From Paraspadella gotoi (taxonomy: Eukaryota > Animalia > Chaetognatha): DNA of 64,000 bases. The notes beneath the pieces were generated by a model. That model worked only from the letters and a program-made list of their open reading frames with translations. It was not told the DNA's origin and did no database searches. The position numbers were made by a program, and so were the translations under genes. This document shows positions 39,348-51,319 of this stretch, one piece after another (the stretch's first letter is position 1; each line of letters opens with the position of its first letter). Location of the stretch: assembly GCA_051294375.1 (NCBI GenBank), contig CM119266.1:24431897-24495896 (forward strand), given 5' to 3'.

Positions 39348-39390
39348 GAGAGAGAGAGAGACGAGAGAGAGAGAGAAGAAAAGACGAAAA
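38430..39390 (+). repeat. ~1-kb polypurine low-complexity tract ending in (GA)n
   Basis: Strongly A/G-biased on the + strand; explains the spurious Phe/Ser/Leu-rich 326-aa and 245-aa ORFs. Confidence 0.85.
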
Positions 39391-40472
39391 GAGTAATGAA
39401 ACCCAAATGGAAAGACAAAACGCAAAGCAGTGAAAATATTGTCGAGGCCGAAAATATACGAAAAACGTCAAAACGTGGGAGAAAAATTAATGAAAATTTG
39501 TGCAATTAATTGTTAAAAGATTTATTATTATTCGTTTTAAAATTCAACGATTGATTTATAGCCATGCAGAATATAAAGTAAAACGGCATCGTTAAAAACT
39601 CATATCGCAGTAAGTTTCTTTTTGCCGTTGCCTGTAGATACCGGCAATTGGTCCGATTTAATTTTTCAACATCGTAGATATTTCAAATCAGAAACTCAAG
39701 CTCGCGCCTATTACCATCTGCTTTTGACCATCGGATCTTTTTCCTCCCGGCAGACAAAATTTTGAGGCAGCCGATGATTAAACATATTTTTTTAAAATAT
39801 TCTTTTTACTAAATGCAAAGAAACGTGAGAAAGAACCCATTCCCCACCCCGCCCCGACCCTCTAAACGGAGAAGGCGAACAAAAAAATCTGTTTTCCCAA
39901 CCTCAAAAAAAAAAAAAATTCAGAGGAGCGAAGAACAAAGAAAAAAAGGCCCCCGAAATCATTTTTCCCACGCCCTTTGCCGGCGGCTCAATTCGGAGGA
40001 AGGAAGGCGAGCGGGCGTCGGGCGGTCGTTAAGCGGGCGGTCGACGCGACGCCCCCGCCTTGATGCCGACGCGTCATCCGGTCCGGGTCCCGTCGGCGTC
40101 GCCGTCTCGCAACGGAGTGAGATGCTCTCAATCACGTCGGATCGGTGACTCGAGTCGTCGAGGAGGCGGCGTACGGCGACGGCCAGGAGCGGGCCCGCGT
40201 TGAAGCCGCGTGACCGGCCGCCGGACTGAAGCTCCGACCGCCGGCGCCAAGACAGAAAAAGTCTCCCTCCCTAAACGGTTGCGGTCGGGCGGCGCCGCCC
40301 TCGGTGGCCCCGCTTCCGTCCCGATGGGGTATTTGGGGATGAGAGGAATAGAGAGAGAGAGAGAGAGAGAGAGAGGGAAAGAGGAGAGAGATGAGGAGGG
40401 GGGGGGAGAGAGAGAGGAGAGGAGGGGGTTATTTGGGTGGTAAGAAGATCTATTCTAGCGCCTTGTTCCCAG

Positions 40473-40757
40473 CCCACGACTCAGACCCGCAGGCGACGAC
40501 GACGCCGCAGTCCCTATTTTGCGTGCCGGACCGGGTTCGAGAGCCGCGCGCCCACGTCGGCCGCGGTCAGAGACGCCCTCTCCGCGGCCGCCGCCTCGTT
40601 CCCGCCCCACACACACCCCCCGGTCCCGGCTTGTCGGCATCCTCCCCGAGCCGCGCCGGACGATCTCTTCGAACTTCCCGGGCCACCGGAAGCCTTCCGA
40701 GGATTCGGCTTTGAATCCGCCTCTGCTGGCAGCGCCGGCGGACGGAAAGCGACGTAG
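40473..40757 (+). CDS. Candidate terminal exon (Pro/Ala-rich, unknown product)
   Basis: TTGTTCCCAG acceptor, then a GC-rich open frame to TAG (...SAAVRDALSAAAASFPPHTHPP...DDLFELPGPPEAFRGFGFESASAGSAGGRKAT*). It lies in an error-prone segment and I recognise no domain. Confidence 0.3.
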   Translation, partial: PTTQTRRRRRRRSPYFACRTGFESRAPTSAAVRDALSAAAASFPPHTHPPVPACRHPPRAAPDDLFELPGPPEAFRGFGFESASAGSAGGRKAT

Positions 40758-42604
40758 CCGGCGGCCGGATGGCGTGGCGGTGGCGAGCGGGAGGTGTGGA
40801 GCTGTTGCCGATGTTTTCATCTCTCTCTGTCTTTAATACGCTGCTCGTTTAGTTCTCGCTAGCGCCGGAAGCTAATACAGCGCCTTTCTGCGGAGTATGA
40901 GCGGAACTAATCTTTGTTGGGGAAAAAATTCCCACGAAATCAATAAAAAAAACCTTCCCGATTACTCTAACTATTAATGCGTCTGGAATTATTCCGTATC
41001 TTCGTCGCTATTGCATATTCTACTTTTTTTTTCATAATAGTCGTCTCGATTTTTTCTGTGTTTTTTTGTTCTGTTCTCCGATTCTTTTCTCTCGTCGTCT
41101 TCTCGCTCTCTCTCTCTGCTCCTTAGAGAGCGAGCTATATTGCACGTGCGGCGGACCCAGATTTCGTCACTCCTGACTTGTTCTTGCGTACGGCTGCCGG
41201 CTATTGTTCTCATAACGTATCGGGCTTAAGGACCGCGGACCTTTGACGTCGCAACCTGACGCCCGGGAAGCGGGTTCATGGGTCGGTTTCCGTCTCTTCT
41301 CTTCACCTCTTCTCTTCTGATCAGAGTCCGCNNNNNNNNNNNNNNNNNNNNNNNNNGATACCGACGGAGCTGAAAGTCGCGGATCGAGACTCTCTTTCCT
41401 TTAATCCCAAATGAATAAAAAAATGAATAAAAAATAAAGTTAATTAAATTAAAAAATAAAGTAAATTAGCACTGCCAAATCACGAATTAAGGAAATAAAT
41501 TAACAATTTTTGAAACATTCATTTAGATTTTAATTTCTTTTTATTTATTATTTTTTTTAATTGCCTATCTTCCATGATTTTTAAATTTTTTGACTTATTC
41601 TTTTTTCCCTTTATTTTTGTTTACATTTTTCTTTTAATTTTCATTTGTTTTATTAGTATTTAATATTTTTTAACTGAAACCAAAAAACATCTATTTACAA
41701 TTTGTATTATAAATGATTTNNNNNNNNNNAGAGAGAGAGAGAGAGAGAGATTACTCAGAGAACATTCAGCCTGAGAACGCAAAATGATATTTGCAATAAT
41801 ATTCGCCGATTATTGCAAAAGTAAAAACTTGTTTTTCCAAATGTCTTTCAATGGCAACCTCAAAAAAATAGAATACAGGTAATCTGGACAGAAGATAAAA
41901 GATAAGTTTCCCAAAGGCGCTGATTTACATTTTTATTTACATTCAATGACAATCAGAAGACCCTCGTCCACGCCGACAACGTGACAGTTCATTGACTGCG
42001 GGAGAATCTTGAAGACCTGTGAATAGAACCCGACGGATCATTTCTCTGAAATGCTGACCTCAGTTTTTTCTTTCCCTTCTTTCGTTAGTCACCCCTTTAT
42101 ATGCATTCCTTCTTTCTTAGTTACTTTCTTTTTTTCTCGGTTTTTTTTATTCTCTTTTTAATTTTCTTTCTTTTTTTTCCTTCTTCTTCTTTTCTCATTT
42201 CCTTTCTTTCAATCTCCCTGACTTTCTTTCCCTGTCACGTGACCCAAAGAAAAGTTAATGGGATTTTTGTGTTTTTTATTTGCGTATATAATGTCACAAA
42301 CTTTGCGCGCGACTTTATAAAAACTTTATGATAATAAATTGATTTCATACCATTTCAAAACTAAGACGTCTTTTCTTTTTCCTTCACAACGTAACGCCCC
42401 ACTCAGATCCCCTTCCCAGCACGCGCCTCTCGTTCATCCCCGCCGGAGTCTTTGTTCGGCGCCTCTGCCGTCACCCGCGATCATTCTGGCCCCCGAATCC
42501 GCCTTCCTGCGCCAACGAAGGCCTTTGGGCGTTTCGAGGGAGATTTGCACTAAGACCTCAATTCCAATCTGACGCCGGGATTTGGACGTTGGGGTTGCGG
42601 GACA

Positions 42605-42641
<37 letters not shown>

Positions 42642-42875
42642 GAGAGAGATGAAGAGAGAGAGAGAAGAAGAGAAGAGACGAGAGATCTGAGAGACAGGAG
42701 AGGAGAGATCGAGAGAGAGAAAGAGAAGGCGAGAGAGAGAGACAGAGACGAGCAAGAGGACAGAGACACTAGAGAGGAGACAGAAAAGAACATCCACTTT
42801 TTCTCTTAATTTTTTTTTACTTTCGAAACCAATTTATTTTTTCAAATACTTTTTTTTCCTAACTTGTACGTTCAG

Positions 42876-43118
42876 ACTGAAATCGAACCAAAGAAGTCCA
42901 GCGCCACCTCCGTCCTTCCCCCATATTCTCCTCCGCTCCCCCAACCCTCCACCCCCCCACCACCCAACAAACCTCGACCCCGAGTGAAATGGACGACCAA
43001 AGACCAATTGTGGGACAAAGTCTGGAATTTCTTTTCCATCAGAGAGACTTTGGAACCATTTTCTGGTCGCTTCGGTCCTTCGCCTTCCGACACCTCTCGG
43101 TCTGATCTCCATTTCTAA
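42876..43118 (+). CDS. Candidate terminal exon, unknown product
   Basis: CTAAC branch-like motif and GTTCAG acceptor, then 80 open codons that are not microsatellite-derived (TEIEPKKSSATSVLPPYSPP...KPRPRVKWTTKDQLWDKVWNFF...DLHF*). No family recognised. Confidence 0.22.
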   Translation, partial: TEIEPKKSSATSVLPPYSPPLPQPSTPPPPNKPRPRVKWTTKDQLWDKVWNFFSIRETLEPFSGRFGPSPSDTSRSDLHF

Positions 43119-45572
43119 ATCACCTCTGCGTGAAAAGGAGGGGGAGGAAGGAGGAAGGGGGAAGGAAGGGAAGGAGAGGGAAGTAGGAAAGAAAGGGAGG
43201 AAGAAGGTGTGAACAAGAGAACTAAGAGGGGGGAAAAAGGAGAGCGTGAGAAAAGGAGGAAGGAAAGATAAAAAAAAAATTGAAAGAGGTTTTTTCGTCA
43301 GATTGGCTTTTTGTCCTTTTACACAGCGAGGTAACAAAATTATCTTTCAACGTCTTTTATTTTATTGTCAAATCCCGTCTTTTTCTTCCCCCCAAAAAAT
43401 TAATTAATTAATTAAAAAATATTTTAAATTAAAGGAAGATTTCGTGACGCCAGTTTTTTTTTTTTCAGACGAGAGAGTCAATCCCCTCGCCGAAAGCTTC
43501 CTTCTTTGTTTGAAAAGACAAAGGATGGCAAAAGATGGTAGAGGATGGCGCAGCAAAGGATGGCAGATGATGGCACCGAGTTCGATCTAAACGAACCTCT
43601 TTAGCGATCGTTGCCTTTTTTCCGCCGTTCGTTCATTCCTCAACTTTAGTTTGAAATCCTTTCCTCCCTTTCTCCCTCTTTCCTCCATCCCTCCTTATCC
43701 CTCTTCCTTCGTCTCCTCATAGTCTTCGTTTTCTATGAATTGGTTTCTCCATTTGAGAAAATAGAACTCAGTTTTTGCTAATGGCCTGCGCTATTCAAGC
43801 GTTATCTCTCTCTCTCTCTCTCTCTCGAAGACGTCTTCGTGCCCCTCTCTTCGTCAATCTCGCTCTCGTCAGTACTCTCGTCTCGNNNNNNNNNNNNNNN
43901 NNNNNNNNNNNNNNNNNNNNNNNNNNNNNNNNNNNNNNNNNNNNNNNNNNNNNNNNNNNNNNNNNNNNNNNNNNNNNNNNNNNNNNNNNNNNNNNNNNNN
44001 NNNNNNNNNNNNNNNNNNNNNNNTCTCTCTCTCTCTCTCTTCGTTATTTGAAAAGAGAGTCTGGAAAAATTAGAGAAAACATTAGAGGATTCTAATTTGT
44101 TTTTCTCGCGTCTTTTGCTTTGAAGGATGTGGTCTTCATTTGTGTTGAAAAGGGAGGAAAGAAAAGAAACAAGGTTCTTGTCGCGGGAGGAAAACAGAGA
44201 GAGAAGGGAGCGGGAGACGAAAGAAAAAAGGAAAAAAAGAAAGGAGAAAAGAAAGGAGAAAAGGAGTTCCGTATTTTTTTTTCCTTTCCGTTTCCTCGCA
44301 CCCGAAGCCAATAAATAATGAGAATTTTTCACCTCATCCTCCTTTTTTTTTCTCATCCTCCTCCTACTTCTCCTCCTCCTCCTCTCTTTCGTCTTCATTC
44401 CTGTCTTCCTTGTTTGTCACAATTTTCAATTTTGCATAAAATTTCTATTTCTATTCGGGGGTCGTCCGCTTTTGCGTCTCTCGCTCTCACTTTCCTCTTC
44501 TTTCTTTCTTTCTTTCTTTCTTTCNNNNNNNNNNNNNNNNNNNNNNNNNNNNNNNNNNNNNNNNNNNNNNNNNNNNNNNNNNNNNNNNNNNNNNNNNNNN
44601 NNNNNNNNNNNNNNNNNNNNNNNNNNNNNNNNNNNNNNNNNNNNNNNNNNNNNNNNNNNNNNNNNNNNNNNNNNNNNNNNNNNNNNNNNNNNNNNNNNNN
44701 NNNNNNNNNNNNNNNNNNNNNNNNNNNNNNNNNNNNNNNNNNNNNNNNNNNNNNNNNNNNNNNNNNNNNNNNNNNNNNNNNNNNNNNNNNNNNNNNNNNN
44801 NNNNNNNNNNNNNNNNNNNNNNNNNNNNNNNNNNNNNNNNNNNNNNNNNNNNNNNNNNNNNNNNNNNNNNNNNNNNNNNNNNNNNNNNNNNNNNNNNNNN
44901 NNNNTAATTTTCCCCTCTCGCAAGAATGAGTTGGCAATCATTGCCTTTTTTCTCTTCAACCCAAATTATTCTTCGTAGTCTTCGCTCTGCATGAGAATAG
45001 TTTCATTTTCGTTTCGCTCTTTCAATTTTCAATTTATGAAAGTTTTTAAATTAGATATATGCGTTTCTGAATCTATTTTATTTCCTTCGTGGGTGTTCCT
45101 GCGTTTCAGTGACTAGTTGGTTTGTTTATTTTTGTATTTTTTATAAAGATTTCACTCCCTAATTCACCTTGAACGAGGTACACATCGATTTTTTTTCCCC
45201 TCTTTCAAACCGAATCCTTTTCAACTTTCCCGGTTTTTTTTTCCAAAATTTTAAAAAGGAGATGATTCCGACCTTTGACACATCATTTACTTTTCCCTCG
45301 GGACCCGAAAGGGGGCCCGTCACGAGCATAATGACCCTCGCTTGAGTGTCCTCGTTCGCCTCCTCTTCCCCCTCCTCCCGGTTCCATACATTTCCTTTTC
45401 AAATCCAAGAGGGTTGAAAACGAGACTATTCATTCTCAATGTCAACACACTTCCCTATTTTTTTTTCTCCGAGCTTTTAAAGACGCGATTGTGTGAACTT
45501 TGGCCAAAATGTAAGTTTATCAATAGCGTGTGAATATCTGTAAGATAGAAGATATTGCAAANNNNNNNNNNG

Positions 45573-45603
<31 letters not shown>

Positions 45604-46031
45604 CCTCGCTAAAGATCCTCCGACCAAACGGTTTTAATCATCGCCCCACTCAATTTGTCGCCGACTTGGCCCCATGACTTTAATCTCATTTGCATATTCG
45701 TGTCACGTCTTTTCTGACTCACTGAACGCTGCTCGTTCTTTCTTTTTTTTATTTGGATTTTTTTCTCTCCCATTTTCCTTTTTCTTTTTTCTATCAGACG
45801 GTTGTTCTCCCATCTTGTTCTTACTTTTTCATCTTATTTCACTTTCTCACTCTCGCTCTCTCTTTCGATCTCTTTTTTCTCTCTCTCTCTCTCTCTCCCT
45901 CATTTCTCCCCTTCGCATTCAAATATAAAATTACGGCTCTCCGGCCGTAAAACTGACAATTAGGCCGTTAACTGAATTGGAGAAAGATAATTTTAACAGT
46001 GTCGTAACTGTATATAATGACGTAGGGTTCT

Positions 46032-46090
<59 letters not shown>

Positions 46091-47711
46091 AGCGAGTCAG
46101 TGATAAAGATAAAAGGGAAATTTATGGTCAAATTCATAACGCAGAGAACCATTATGCACTCTTTTAAATAGAAAATTTCGCTTTAACTTATTGAGGCGAA
46201 TTACAAATAAATATATGTTTTTTGAATAGATTACAATGATAGGCATGATAGATTGTCGAAATGACGGAAAATAAAATAGATTTCTTCCAGACCAAAAGTT
46301 AATAACACTCCCGTTTTCTTGTTTCGTCTACAATCTTATTTCGCGCTCTGGCGTTTTGCATGTTTTTTCGGGTTTCGAACCCGGGTTTTCTCGTCGAGAC
46401 GNNNNNNNNNNNNNNNNNNNNNNNNNNNNNNNNNNNNNNNNNNNNNNNNNNNNNNNNNNNNNNNNNNNNNNNNNNNNNNNNNNNNNNNNNNNNNNNNNNN
46501 NNNNNNNNNNNNNNNNNNNNNNNNNNNNNNNNNNNNNNNNNNNNNNNNNNNNNNNNNNNNNNNNNNNNNNNNNNNNNNNNNNNNNNNNNNNNNNNNNNNN
46601 NNNNNNNNNNNNNNNNNNNNNAGACTTTTACGACTCTGGGTTCTTGAGACGCTTCCTTTTTTGTGAAGGTTAGGGTTTCGGGTCGAGACTGCAGACTCTA
46701 GACAGGAGGGGAGGGTGAGACTGTGATGTTGAGTAGTGAAAAGGGGAAAAGGGGTTGAAGGAGTGAAAACGGAACAGAGGAATTTCTGTTGGAATGACTT
46801 CTCGATCGAAAGAAGAAAAAAAAAGAAAAGGGGAAATATAATCAAAATGATAAATTAGAATTAAAAAAATAATATTGCAATTCCAGCCTTCGAAACGTGA
46901 TTCGAAAAGCAGAGTCGTCTTTCAGTTTCAGGACCCCAATGCGTCTTCGCGGTTTTGGGTGCATTTCCGCACTTGATGTCCTTGGGTTTGTTTTTGACGC
47001 AGTGACCTTGCGTCTGTTGTTATTTTGGTTTGTGTCGTCGTCTTGACTGGGAAAGAGAAAATGGAATCGAATGGAACCGAAAGCAGAGATTTCGCTCGAG
47101 CGCCTTTGACGAAGCGATTGTGAAGAGCGAGTCGGAACCTTCGGGCGGTGACTGCACGCTATGGGGGCTAACCTCGTCCTCGTCCGCGCTGATTGGCGGT
47201 CAGCAGGCGGTGAAGTCCGTGACCACGAGTGAAGGGGCAGGCGCGGCAGCGGCGTTTTCTTTTGATGTCCGCCGCCCGCGCGTTATCAATTGCTCGTCTC
47301 GTCCGTCGAAGGCAATTAAAAAATTCGCCCTGTTTATGTAACAGTCCGAACCGATTGTCTGCCCTAAATTGTTATTGCATCTCCTCGCCTTTTACTCTCT
47401 CTCTCTCTCTCCCTCTACCCGTCTCTCTTCTCTCTCCTCTCTCTCTCTCTCTTTCTCTCTCTCTCTTCCTCTCGCTTCTCCTCCTCTCTCTCTCCTCTCT
47501 CCTCTCTTCTTCCTCACTCTCTCTCTCTTAAAAATATGTTTGCCAGATAATCAAGATACTTGTAGATCACCACGGATTTTGCACTCTCTCTCTCTGTTCT
47601 GTAGTGCAGCAAACTGTTTGGCTTTCCTGNNNNNNNNNNNNNNNNNNNNNNNNNCCTTCTGCTGTTGTCATAAATCATACGATAAAAAAAATAATACCGA
47701 CCCTAAAACCG

Positions 47712-47765
47712 TGACGTCATCTTAAACCTTATTGGTCGAATCAAACGCTTCCTTTGACCAATCGG
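47712..47765. promoter_or_regulatory. CRE plus paired CCAAT boxes
   Basis: Perfect TGACGTCA (47712-47719), ATTGG (47731-47735) and GACCAATCGG (47756-47765). Confidence 0.35.
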
Positions 47766-48108
47766 ATTTCGCTTTTTCGTTTAACATCAATAGAATTATT
47801 AATTTACTTAAATTGTAATAACATCCTATGTCGGAAAACACAAAAAAAAAAATCATCAATCGTTCGAAAGCAAATAATACAAATTTCTGATAATAACGGT
47901 TTTATGTGTAAACGTTACAATAAGTAGTGGGCAAATAGTATGACAGCATTGTACGCTGTTTGGAAGGCGGGACCCAATCTGATCCCGAAATGGCCTTCGT
48001 TTAGGACTTTTACGACCGCACCTGTTTCCGACGATTCCTCATTCCGCTTTTTTTTGTGGGTCATAGTGACCCGTTAGGGTGTTGGGAATCCTTTTTGCTA
48101 TTGCTATT

Positions 48109-48219
<111 letters not shown>

Positions 48220-48358
48220 TTTTCTATTGTACTACTGATAACTGATAACCGATTGTTCATATTTCCGTCTCCCTTTAAACAACTCAAATGTATTTTGAGT
48301 TTCGCCCGTGTTTAAATATTTTCTATTCTCATGTGTTGGCGTATATATATACTATTCA

Positions 48359-48443
48359 CGATCGCTTCGATCGCTTCTATCGCTTCGTTCGCTTCGATCG
48401 CTTCGATCGCTTCGATCGCTTCTATCGCTTCGATCGCTTTGAT
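48359..48443. repeat. 9-bp tandem repeat (CGATCGCTT)n, about 9 copies
   Basis: CGATCGCTTCGATCGCTTCTATCGCTTCGTTCGCTT… read directly. Confidence 0.9.
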
Positions 48444-49257
48444 TGAGAAATTGAGATGACCCTTCGTCAAATTTTATTTGTTCAGTTTTTAAAAATTAAA
48501 ATCCGATAATTGTTTACGCAAATTTTCCTCCACTTTTTTTCAGCCTAATTGAGGATTTTATTACTCATTAAAAATATTTTTTTGTCTTTTTCCTCCGGAG
48601 ACGAGAAGAGAAAAACCAACGCCGACTCTTTTTTTCCTTCGTTAAAAAACGGAGGGATTTCGGTAAATCGAGTTTCGGTCATGTTCGATCGTCACTGTTT
48701 TAAAAGTCATAATTCAAAGGCTCATATTGTAAGAGTCCAAAACTCTTTTACTTTACCTCTCTCTCGTATATTTACTTGACTTCCCTCGCGCTTTTCCTAT
48801 TTCCCTCTTTCCCTCCTTCTCTCATCTCCTCTTTTCTGCCCGCATAAACGTTTTTTTTTTTTTTTTCAGTCGAAAATTTCAAATTTTGACAAATATTGTT
48901 TTTGGTGTTATTATGCGTCGATTCGAAATAACTCGTCGGGGATAACGAGTTCTCCAATTCGCCCTCCAGTTTTTTTCTTTTTTCTTTTTCTTTTCTTTTC
49001 TTTCTTTTTTTTCCCCTCAATTTCTGAATCTTTTACCGCGGATGAAAATTAACGTTGGTCGCAAAAATGAATCAAAATTTAAGTTTTTTATTGTTTTCCT
49101 CTTCTTAAATAAATCGAGGGAACTTTTATTGAAAAGAAAGAAATAAAAATTCTAAAGCTTAAATTCGCCATGAAAAAATCCTGAAATTATGCAAATAAAT
49201 TCATTATTTTTTTTTTCCTATTTCGAGACACTAACGCCGCGTCGTTACGGTTCTGCC

Positions 49258-49292
49258 ACCTGGCCGAGCCTGGCCTGGCCTGGCCTGGCCTG
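49258..49292. repeat. (CCTGG)n pentanucleotide repeat running into a gap
   Basis: CCTGGCCGAGCCTGGCCTGGCCTGGCCTGGCCTG followed by an N-run. Confidence 0.8.
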
Positions 49293-49559
49293 NNNNNNNN
49301 NNNNNNNNNNNNNNNNNNNNNNNNNNNNNNNNNNNNNNNNNNNNNNNNNNNNNNNNNNNNNNNNNNNNNNNNNNNNNNNNNNNNNNNNNNNNNNNNNNNT
49401 TTTATTTTTCTTATATATTCTGATTCTCCACGCTAACACCACACTTCTAAAACCATGCTTTTTAATCAGCCACTCTCGCCACTCCCACGATTTTCGGGAT
49501 TCGAATCTGAAAAGAGATTGACATTTCGTAGACCGATTAAACGTGCAGGATCCGTACCT

Positions 49560-49574
49560 CTTTCTTTCTTTCTC

Positions 49575-49655
<81 letters not shown>
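49560..49655. repeat. (TTTC)n microsatellite
   Basis: Read directly; a similar degenerate tract lies at 3470-3610. Confidence 0.95.
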
Positions 49656-49659
<4 letters not shown>

Positions 49660-51319
49660 TTTTTTCTTTTTTCATTTCGTTTGTTTTTCCTTTCTCTCCT
49701 TTCGTTTTTATTCTTTTGCTGTGTTTCTTTTTATCTATCTCTCCCACTTTTTTTNNNNNNNNNNATTACGCTATCCCTCTTTATATCTTTCTATTTTCGT
49801 CTGACTGTCCCAACTCTTTTTTTTCTTTCTTTTTTTTCTTCAAATTTTTCGGTTTTAAACTTTTTCATCGTCGAGCCTTCGACGAGTAACGATGATTTTT
49901 ATGATCCTCGGCCAAACTTAAAACGAGACAGTCATGGCAATAAAGATCATATCGAGAGANNNNNNNNNNNNNNNNNNNNNNNNNNNNNNNNNNNNNNNNN
50001 NNNNNNNNNNNNNNNNNNNNNNNNNNNNNNNNNNNNNNNNNNNNNNNNNNNNNNNNNNNNNNNNNNNNNNNNNNNNNNNNNNNNNNNNNNNNNNNNNNNN
50101 NNNNNNNNNNNNNNNNNNNNNNNNNNNNNNNNNNNNNNNNNNNNNNNNNNNNNNNNNNNNNNNNNNNNNNNNNNNNNNNNNNNNNNNNNNNNNNNNNNNN
50201 NNNNNNNNNNNNNNNNNNNNNNNNNNNNNNNNNNNNNNNNNNNNNNNNNNNNNNNNNNNNNNNNNNNNNNNNNNNNNNNNNNNNNNNNNNNNNNNNNNNN
50301 NNNNNNNNNNNNNNNNNNNNNNNNNNNNNNNNNNNNNNNNNNNNNNNNNNNNNNNNNNNNNNNNNNNNNNNNNNNNNNNNNNNNNNNNNNNNNNNNNNTT
50401 CGAACCCCGGGAGCCGGGCGAGAGAGTGAGACACAGACAGAGATACATACACCCCGTTAAATTGAAAACTCAATTTGTTGCTTTTACGAACCCATTTGGT
50501 TTTAATGAGCTTTGCACTTTCGGTTTAATGTTTATACCTTTTCCCCCGGAGGGAGAGAAAGAGAGAAAAAAAGAAAGGAAAAAANNNNNNNNNNNNNNNN
50601 NNNNNNNNNNNNNNNNNNNNNNNNNNNNNNNNNNNNNNNNNNNNNNNNNNNNNNNNNNNNNNNNNNNNNNNNNNNNNNNNNNNNNNNNNNNNNNNNNNNN
50701 NNNNNNNNNNNNNNNNNNNNNNNNNNNNNNNNNNNNNNNNNNNNNNNNNNNNNNNNNNNNNNNNNNNNNNNNNNNNNNNNNNNNNNNNNNNTCTTTTTTT
50801 ATCATTAATTATCAATAAATTTTGTCGTTAAACGTTGAATATTTCGAATCAGCTCTAATAACTCTTCCTTTTCGCCTCTCCTCCTCGCTCAGAGATCCCG
50901 TTGAGTCTTCGATCTTTCATAAACCTTTTGCGAAGAGAGAGGGATAGGGCGAGATAGAGAGAGAAAAAGAGAAAGAAACAAAATTCAATTCTTGACGACA
51001 TCAATTTCCAACTGATTCTAAATATGGTTAAAAATTCAGGACACCACGTGAGACGGAATGTCTTCTTAAATATGAGAAGTTTTTCGGTGTACGTAGATTT
51101 CGGAAAATCGAAACGGCCATAGGAGAGAGAAGTAGAGAGATGAATGACGCGAGAGGAGCAAGAGATGACGTTGTAGTAGACCCCTGTAGACGAGAGATGA
51201 TGAGTAGAGAGTATGAGAGACTAGTAGAGAGAGGACGAGCATGTATCTGGAGAGAGAGAGGCGAGAGGTTGTATATAAAGGTATGTTGTGGTGTCTTTGA
51301 TTGTAGTTATCGTGTTTGT

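Noticed and set aside
38045-39505. 245-aa and 326-aa Phe/Ser/Leu/Pro-rich 'membrane-like' ORFs, and the many RERE/LSLS ORFs
   Set aside because: They are translations of polypurine/polypyrimidine tracts and (GA)n microsatellites, which lack stop codons by composition.
39628-39720. miR-10/miR-993-like fragments (CCTGTAGATACCGG…AAGCTCG)
   Set aside because: The ACCCTGT seed is incomplete, several indels are needed, and the putative arms do not base-pair into a precursor.
36200-40330. GC-rich patches as rDNA or bacterial contamination
   Set aside because: No conserved rRNA motifs were recognised, and the patches are short and interleaved with host-type microsatellites.
43030-43075. KWFQS on the minus strand, resembling homeodomain WFQN
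   Set aside because: The flanking residues do not fit helix 3 (no N51/R53, no preceding helices).
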